IMG/VR virus record: IMGVR_UViG_3300009059_000716
Location: 1 to 64,000 of that record
DNA: 64,000 nt
Source: a virus
Direction: 5' to 3' (one strand)
Under the pieces are notes generated by a model that was given only the letters and a program-made list of their open reading frames with translations, was not told the origin of the DNA and did no database searches. Of the stretch, positions 58,324-64,000 are shown one piece after another. Within the stretch, counting starts at the first letter, position 1; every line of letters starts with the position of its first letter. A program made the translations under genes and the position numbers.

Positions 58324-58829
58324 TTGATCAAAAAGTATTATTTACAGCAGAAGAATGTGAGTGGTTGAAATCCGCACAATCAACTATATACCCACCAGTA
58401 GAAGATACTAAATGGTGGGAGTCACATCGTATAAATTATAGATTTAAAAATATACAAGAAAGAGAAGTATTTGAACAGTCACGTTTAGATTTTGTTGCTA
58501 GTAGAGTTAAACAATTAGGAGTGAAATCTGTTCCTACATATAAAATTATACATTACGGTAAAGGTGGATTCTTCGCCCCTCACATAGATTCAGGGAGAAA
58601 CCATCCAATTAGAAGAAAAACATTATTAGTGCAGCTATCCTCTAAAGAAGATTATTCTGGAGGTGATATGTATGTTAAGGGTGTACTTTTTGAAAAGACA
58701 ATAGGCAATACAATATTATTTGATTCGTCATTAACTCATGAACTAAAATTAATAGAAGGAGGAAATAGATTAGTTATGGTCACATGGTTATCTATTTATA
58801 ACCTTGAGAATCCTAAAACTTTACTATGA
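58320..58829 (+). CDS. 2OG-Fe(II) oxygenase (prolyl-hydroxylase-like)
   Basis: HY.KG.FF.PHID, YSGGDM, HEL..I.GG.R. Confidence 0.88.
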   Translation: MIDQKVLFTAEECEWLKSAQSTIYPPVEDTKWWESHRINYRFKNIQEREVFEQSRLDFVASRVKQLGVKSVPTYKIIHYGKGGFFAPHIDSGRNHPIRRKTLLVQLSSKEDYSGGDMYVKGVLFEKTIGNTILFDSSLTHELKLIEGGNRLVMVTWLSIYNLENPKTLL

Positions 58830-59350
58830 TAACAGTTAAACATAACGTACTGTCGGATAGAGAGGTAAACAAGCTACTCACTTTATGGTATGATACAAAA
58901 CCTAACCATATTATAACAGACGGCTATAAGTATAATATTGAAGCAGTAGAGATTTTAGACTACATAGATAAATTAAAACTTTCGTATTCTTTTCCAAAAG
59001 AACACTATAGGGACTTTATACTACAGACAATAGATGAAACACATAGCAAAGCTCCTAATCATGACAAATATCACCGACATGAAAATGAATGGACATATGT
59101 TATGTACTTAAATGATAACTATCAAGGAGGAGAAATAGAGTTTACTAATGGAACTATCATTAAACCACAAGTAGGAGATGTTATATACTTTTCACCTGAA
59201 GAAGGACATAGAGTTAAACCCCCATATGATTTTACCGAACAGTATTTTAAACACAACGGTAAGAGTATTCTTATGAATAAAAGATGGTCACTTGTCGGAT
59301 TCATGAATTCTGACATTATAAACGAGAATAAAAAAACATGCTTAATTTAA
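58826..59350 (+). CDS. 2OG-Fe(II) oxygenase (divergent)
   Basis: HRH, YLNDNYQGGE, HRV, RWSLV. Confidence 0.8.
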   Translation: MITVKHNVLSDREVNKLLTLWYDTKPNHIITDGYKYNIEAVEILDYIDKLKLSYSFPKEHYRDFILQTIDETHSKAPNHDKYHRHENEWTYVMYLNDNYQGGEIEFTNGTIIKPQVGDVIYFSPEEGHRVKPPYDFTEQYFKHNGKSILMNKRWSLVGFMNSDIINENKKTCLI

Positions 59351-60042
59351 TTTATACCTATTCAATCAAACTTAGCGGTAACAGTATAGAAAAATACGTT
59401 AAACTCCTAAATAAAGCATACCTACATAACAGTAAGTACCATTCTATAGTACTATATACCGATAGGGAGACATTACCGTATGTAGAAGATATTTTTCCGG
59501 AGATAAGATTAGTAGAAATAGACAATCTTCAATTTATGGATGATATAAAAATGAAGATTATAGATAAACTTGAAAGCAATAGTATACTTACAGATTACGA
59601 TATCTTTTTAAACTCACCTTTAATACTTCCAGACAATTTTGATGTGTATGTAGATAGAAGAGGTAAGGTAAAAGAGTTAGTACTGTACAGCCATTTGTTT
59701 GAACATTTAAGACATGAAGGTTATGGTATTTTTACTAAAGATGTAAATACCTATTTGAATGTAGGTATATTAAAAATCAACAGTGAACATAAAATAAAAG
59801 CTATTAAAGACGCATATTACGCTTTAAGAAATTGGTATGTGGATAATAAAATAGAAGAAAGAACTCAATTTACATACCATACAGGAGTATGCCCTTCTAT
59901 AGCAGCTTTACAGTACAATTTAGATAAAATAGCTACTATAAGTAACTGGAAAGTATGTGAGATGAAAAAATACAACAACTACCATCATTTAGTTGGAGAA
60001 GATAAATTTAAAGAAATAAGCACAAAAAATACTGTGATTTAG
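59338..60042 (+). CDS. Nucleotide-diphospho-sugar transferase-like protein
   Basis: LYTD, K, DYDIFL, NVGI, HLVG. Confidence 0.55.
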   Translation: MLNLIYTYSIKLSGNSIEKYVKLLNKAYLHNSKYHSIVLYTDRETLPYVEDIFPEIRLVEIDNLQFMDDIKMKIIDKLESNSILTDYDIFLNSPLILPDNFDVYVDRRGKVKELVLYSHLFEHLRHEGYGIFTKDVNTYLNVGILKINSEHKIKAIKDAYYALRNWYVDNKIEERTQFTYHTGVCPSIAALQYNLDKIATISNWKVCEMKKYNNYHHLVGEDKFKEISTKNTVI

Positions 60043-60102
60043 TTGTCAAAACAGTATATTTTTCATATATTTAGATATATTAATCTATTAAAGACAAATG
60101 TT

Positions 60103-60291
60103 ATGAACAAATTATTTTTTGTACCTTCAACCAAAATTAACGCAAGAATTGCCGACACTGTTGTTACAGGACAGCATATTACAGTAGAAGGGTTAACTTA
60201 CCAAATGGTATCAAAAAGACCACTTGGAAGAAGAGTACTAAGACGTCTAATTAACGAATCTACAAATACAAAAATTGTAATCTATTCATAA
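60103..60291 (+). CDS. Small hypothetical protein
   Basis: ORF from GTT-ATG 60103 after promoter. Confidence 0.55.
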   Translation: MNKLFFVPSTKINARIADTVVTGQHITVEGLTYQMVSKRPLGRRVLRRLINESTNTKIVIYS

Positions 60292-60295
60292 CCAA

Positions 60296-61084
60296 ATGAA
60301 AGCAATATATAGCTACAAAATATTCTCAGACCAACGTAAACCTTTAGATAAAACGTTTTGGAAACTAGCTGCATATAGTGTTAAGTCTGCTTCTAAGTAT
60401 TATAGAACAGTTCTGTACTCCGATGAAGAAAGTGGAAAGCTATTTGATAGACACGGAATTTATTTTGATGAGTATCATATTCTTCCTGAAATAGAAAATT
60501 ATAAAGGAAGGGTTTATAGTGTACCAAAAATATATGCAATGATTGCTGAGAAAGAGCCATATATTCATTTAGACTTTGACTCTGTAATACTGGAAGAGAT
60601 TATATCTACACACACTATTACATACGCATATACAGAAGTTGATTTAATAAATCTAGCAGGGTATGCTAGAATAGATTACGTATTTGGAGGATATGTAAGA
60701 CCTTATCGAGACTTGTTGGTTGATATATTTAAGGATGATATAATATATCCTGATTTTAATATAGTACCTAACCATTCTTTTCTGATGGTAAAAAATCCAA
60801 CTATTGTTAGAGAGATTTACAAAAGAATACTCAGTAAAATACCAGCGGACATATTAGAAGAAGTAAGCCCTACATTATTAGAGCAATGTCTACTTTACCT
60901 ATACTTAAAAGAAAATCAAACAGATATAGGATACTTAAGTTGGTATTCAGCAGAGAAGTTTTTAGAACGTGAGTTCGGTTCTTATAAATTTATACATTTA
61001 CCATTTTACAACGAACCGGAAAAGAAAGAAGAAGTAGAGTTTGTTCTTAAAAAACTTGAAGAACAATTCGGCCCAATCGAATAA
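60296..61084 (+). CDS. Nucleotide-diphospho-sugar transferase-like protein (DUF6734-like)
   Basis: LYSD, PKIYA, PYIHLDFD, EQ..L, FIHL. Confidence 0.6.
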   Translation: MKAIYSYKIFSDQRKPLDKTFWKLAAYSVKSASKYYRTVLYSDEESGKLFDRHGIYFDEYHILPEIENYKGRVYSVPKIYAMIAEKEPYIHLDFDSVILEEIISTHTITYAYTEVDLINLAGYARIDYVFGGYVRPYRDLLVDIFKDDIIYPDFNIVPNHSFLMVKNPTIVREIYKRILSKIPADILEEVSPTLLEQCLLYLYLKENQTDIGYLSWYSAEKFLEREFGSYKFIHLPFYNEPEKKEEVEFVLKKLEEQFGPIE

Positions 61085-61099
61085 CAGTTATACCTTATT

Positions 61100-61450
61100 A
61101 TGAAAATTAAAGAGCTACTTTTAGGAGCCGTGTTATTTACTCTCGGACAGAGCATAGCCTGGTACCAGACTAATGGGCAATTTATAAGTAGTTGGATAAA
61201 AGAACATCCGTTACTTATGTCGGCAATAGTTGGAGTACCTGTTGGGATGTGTTATATTTACGGAACAACGTACACAGTAAGTGCTTTTGAAGGAGAATTA
61301 TGGCCGGCAAGAATTATAGGATTTACAACTGGTATATTTTCCTTTACAGTTCTTACTACACTACACTTAAATCAGACAATCGACCTTAAGACAGGTGTCA
61401 TACTTAGTCTTGCAATTATAATTATTTTACTACAAGCTTTTTGGAAATGA
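61100..61450 (+). CDS. Four-TM membrane protein
   Basis: Four hydrophobic helices, SMR/DMT-like size. Confidence 0.7.
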   Translation: MKIKELLLGAVLFTLGQSIAWYQTNGQFISSWIKEHPLLMSAIVGVPVGMCYIYGTTYTVSAFEGELWPARIIGFTTGIFSFTVLTTLHLNQTIDLKTGVILSLAIIIILLQAFWK

Positions 61451-62331
61451 ATTTTTTAGATAGTCAATATCAAGACCTCCTCAAATACATTATTGAGAAA
61501 GGTCAAATAAAAGAAGATAGAACCGGAACCGGAACATTATCAGTATTTGGTAGACAATTTAGACATGAGATGTCATTAGGCTTTCCTCTCCTAACAACAA
61601 AGAAGATAGCAGTCAAAACTATGATGACTGAACTGAAATGGTTTCTAAAAGGAGATACTAATATCAAGTATTTAGTTGATAACGGTTGTAATATTTGGAA
61701 TGGTGATGCTTATAAGAATTATAGAAATAAGTTTGAACCAGCCCCTTATCAATTTACTCCAGATACAATGGAAGAGTTCATCAACAAAATCAAAACCGAT
61801 GATGAGTTCGCAGAGGAGTGGGGTGAGTTAGGTCCAATATATGGAAAGCAATGGACTGATTGGAATGGTATAGACCAGATATTAAATCTTCTTAACTCAA
61901 TAAAGAAGAACCCAAATAGTAGAAGATTGATGGTATCGGCTTGGAATGTAGGTGAATTACATGAGATGACATTACCTCCTTGTCATTACGGATTCCAGAT
62001 AAATGTTAGAGGAGAGTATTTAGACCTAATGTGGAATCAAAGAAGTGTAGATACATTTTTAGGAGTACCTTTTAATATAGCCTCATATGGTCTGCTACTT
62101 AGTCTAATAGCGTATGAGACAGGTTATAAGCCTGGTTCTCTCATAGGATCTCTAGGAGATACACATCTATACACAAACCATATAGAACAGGCGAAGGAAC
62201 AGATAAAAAGAACTTCATTTGATCTTCCTACTCTTAAGATTATTTCATCTGATATTCTAAATGGAGAGTTTGAAGTAGAGTTTGAGAACTATATTTCACA
62301 TCCTGCAATAAAAGCACCTTTATCAAATTAA
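61447..62331 (+). CDS. thyA: Thymidylate synthase
   Basis: DRTGTGT, FPLLTTK, LGPIYGKQW, LPPCH, QRSVD, PFNIASY, HLY.NH. Confidence 0.96.
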   Translation: MNFLDSQYQDLLKYIIEKGQIKEDRTGTGTLSVFGRQFRHEMSLGFPLLTTKKIAVKTMMTELKWFLKGDTNIKYLVDNGCNIWNGDAYKNYRNKFEPAPYQFTPDTMEEFINKIKTDDEFAEEWGELGPIYGKQWTDWNGIDQILNLLNSIKKNPNSRRLMVSAWNVGELHEMTLPPCHYGFQINVRGEYLDLMWNQRSVDTFLGVPFNIASYGLLLSLIAYETGYKPGSLIGSLGDTHLYTNHIEQAKEQIKRTSFDLPTLKIISSDILNGEFEVEFENYISHPAIKAPLSN

Positions 62332-62387
62332 AGTTTGTAGTCTGAATTATTCTTCTTATATTAAGGTAGTTAAAAAAAGAAAAGGTT

Positions 62388-62753
62388 ATGCATTTAAGAA
62401 CTACAAGAAGATTAGCTGAGAAGTATTTAAACAATTGTGAGAAAGTTTACGGATTAAGTAAGTTTCATGATAGCACTCCTTACATAGAGTTTCAACCTTA
62501 TGTTCATTCTGTTTACACAGAAGATGATAATCCAATTGCAGAGTATATCTTTGACTATAATACTATTGTAATATACTATAAGAATATTCACAGTGCAGAA
62601 GATTTAGCTCAAACTATCGTTCATGAATACCAACACTACTTACAATCACCAAGCTGGATGACTAGATACTATAATATGGGCTTCTGTTATTCAGACCATC
62701 CATATGAAATAGCAGCATTTAATGAAGAGAAAAATTGGAAATTAGTTGCTTAG
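62388..62753 (+). CDS. Zincin-like metalloprotein
   Basis: IVHEYQHYLQ..HPYEIAA. Confidence 0.7.
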   Translation: MHLRTTRRLAEKYLNNCEKVYGLSKFHDSTPYIEFQPYVHSVYTEDDNPIAEYIFDYNTIVIYYKNIHSAEDLAQTIVHEYQHYLQSPSWMTRYYNMGFCYSDHPYEIAAFNEEKNWKLVA

Positions 62754-62801
62754 TTAAAGTACATTTCACTATTTATTAAGAACTAAACTAAACTAGAATA
62801 T

Positions 62802-63614
62802 ATGGCATGTGGTTGTGGAAGATCTCCAGACGGATGTAGAGGCTGGCACTCTTTAACAGAAGAAGAATTCAAAGTAGAATATGATGCGTTTCTAAAAGAA
62901 AAAGATGGTATCTTAAGAGTAAAAGAGGTAGAACATTATACCGATACTCTATTCAAATTCAAGTTAACTAAAACAGACGAATATAAATTTAAGGCCGGAC
63001 AGTTTACAATGTTAAATGTAGACGGTGCACCAAAAAGAGCTTATAGCTATACAAGTGGTCCGGAAGATGATTTTATAGAGTTCTATAGTATAAAGGTACC
63101 AAATGGACCTCTTACAAGTAAGCTTCAGAAGATACAAGTAGGAGACTTTGTAAATGTTTCTCCAAAAGCTACTGGAACACTCATAGTAGATAATCTTACA
63201 GAAGGAGACGATTTATGGTTACTTGCTACAGGAACTGGAATTGCACCATTCATTAGTATGTTATGTGATCCTTTAACTTACGACAGATTTAAAAACATTC
63301 ATGTTGTATGGTCGGTAAGAGTAAAAGAAGAACTAGACGCTTTTCATGATTGGTTAGGAAGTATAGGAATAGATTATATTCCAATTGTTACTCGAGATGA
63401 TAGATGGGAAGGAGAGAAAGAAAGAATAACAACTCTTATTCAAAGAGGAGACATAATGAAAGATAGTACTCCAGATAATGATAAAGTAATGCTATGCGGT
63501 AATATGGACTTCAACAAAGAGATAAAAAATCTACTTGTTGACGAAAGAGGATGGGTAGAAGGTAATAGTAGACAAGCAGGATCATTTGCTTTAGAGAAAG
63601 CTTTTGTTGGATAA
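62802..63614 (+). CDS. fpr: Ferredoxin-NADP reductase with N-terminal CDGSH-like Cys/His motif
   Basis: GQF, RAYS, GPLT..L, ATGTGIAPF, MLCGN; N-term CGCGRSP..C.GWH. Confidence 0.9.
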   Translation: MACGCGRSPDGCRGWHSLTEEEFKVEYDAFLKEKDGILRVKEVEHYTDTLFKFKLTKTDEYKFKAGQFTMLNVDGAPKRAYSYTSGPEDDFIEFYSIKVPNGPLTSKLQKIQVGDFVNVSPKATGTLIVDNLTEGDDLWLLATGTGIAPFISMLCDPLTYDRFKNIHVVWSVRVKEELDAFHDWLGSIGIDYIPIVTRDDRWEGEKERITTLIQRGDIMKDSTPDNDKVMLCGNMDFNKEIKNLLVDERGWVEGNSRQAGSFALEKAFVG

Positions 63615-63674
63615 AAAGTTGCTGCAATGGACTATTATTCTTATATTAAGGTATAATTAAAAATAGTAAGAGTT

Positions 63675-64000
63675 ATGACAACAGCAAAACTTTATTTAGT
63701 TACTTTTGAGTATGAAGGTACAAAATTTTTCAAAGTAGGTATTACAGAAAAAGGAGATGTAATGGATAGGTTTAAGTACTCTATACTTAAATATAAACTA
63801 ATGAACTTTAAAATACATAAGTCCTCTTGGTTTAAATCTTTGGAAGCAGCAGAGAAAGCTGAACAAAAATGCTTTGCAGACATTAAACAAACCTTTCCAG
63901 AAAATAACTATGTTGATGCTCAAGGGAACCACTACTTCCATAATAAGTGGTTAGATGAAAAGATAAATGGTATAACTGAAATCAGAGTATACAATGGAGA
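63675..64000 (+). CDS. GIY-YIG/T5orf172-like nuclease (3'-truncated, not in ORF track)
   Basis: LYLV..FFKVGIT...DRF..AE..EQ..GITE. Confidence 0.65.
   Translation, partial: MTTAKLYLVTFEYEGTKFFKVGITEKGDVMDRFKYSILKYKLMNFKIHKSSWFKSLEAAEKAEQKCFADIKQTFPENNYVDAQGNHYFHNKWLDEKINGITEIRVYNG

Noticed and set aside
1443-63883. Other minus-strand and nested alternative-frame ORFs (e.g. 41546-42064, 29228-29641, 15498-15872, 29748-30008)
   Set aside because: Shadow ORFs of well-supported + strand genes with no recognisable motifs.
1-64000. Stop-codon reassignment
   Set aside because: Conserved genes are full length under the standard code; TAA, TAG and TGA all end genes; no suppressor tRNA seen.
1-64000. 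Bacterial chromosome origin
   Set aside because: Single-strand dense layout, many small unknown ORFs, polymerase lacking the 5' nuclease and a lysis-like module indicate a phage, although no capsid or terminase gene lies in this window.

Overview
AT-rich, gene-dense window with every credible gene on the + strand and the standard genetic code. It comes from a large dsDNA phage, most likely infecting Flavobacteria/Bacteroidota, judging by 22 copies of a TTG-N19/20-TAT(A/C)TT(T/A)(A/G) promoter, leaders without Shine-Dalgarno sequences, and DUF4494-like and Hc1-like genes. Contents in order: the 3' part of nrdA; protein/sugar glycosyltransferases; thioredoxin; a complete 7-deazaguanine DNA-modification cluster (queC, queD, queE, folE, queF, a TGT/DpdA-like gene, a PurN-like formyltransferase, kinase, PRTase, NTP pyrophosphohydrolase) with candidate RNA leaders; 7 tRNAs; radical SAM + carbamoyltransferase; a family A DNA polymerase; Hsp20/GroES/GroEL; apt-nucleosidase-metK; a probable lysis module; a ~10 kb glycosylation/nonulosonic-acid cluster; IscA, thyA and ferredoxin-NADP reductase. 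The most unusual locus is 55.2-61.1 kb. It encodes a circularly permuted ATP-grasp-like domain fused to three tandem Hint (self-cleaving) domains, a 46-aa peptide, and an array of 2OG-Fe(II) oxygenases and a transferase that share a K-x-x-L/V-L/I C-terminal tail, plus a decayed oxygenase copy. All calls are from motif recognition by eye; no searches were run.
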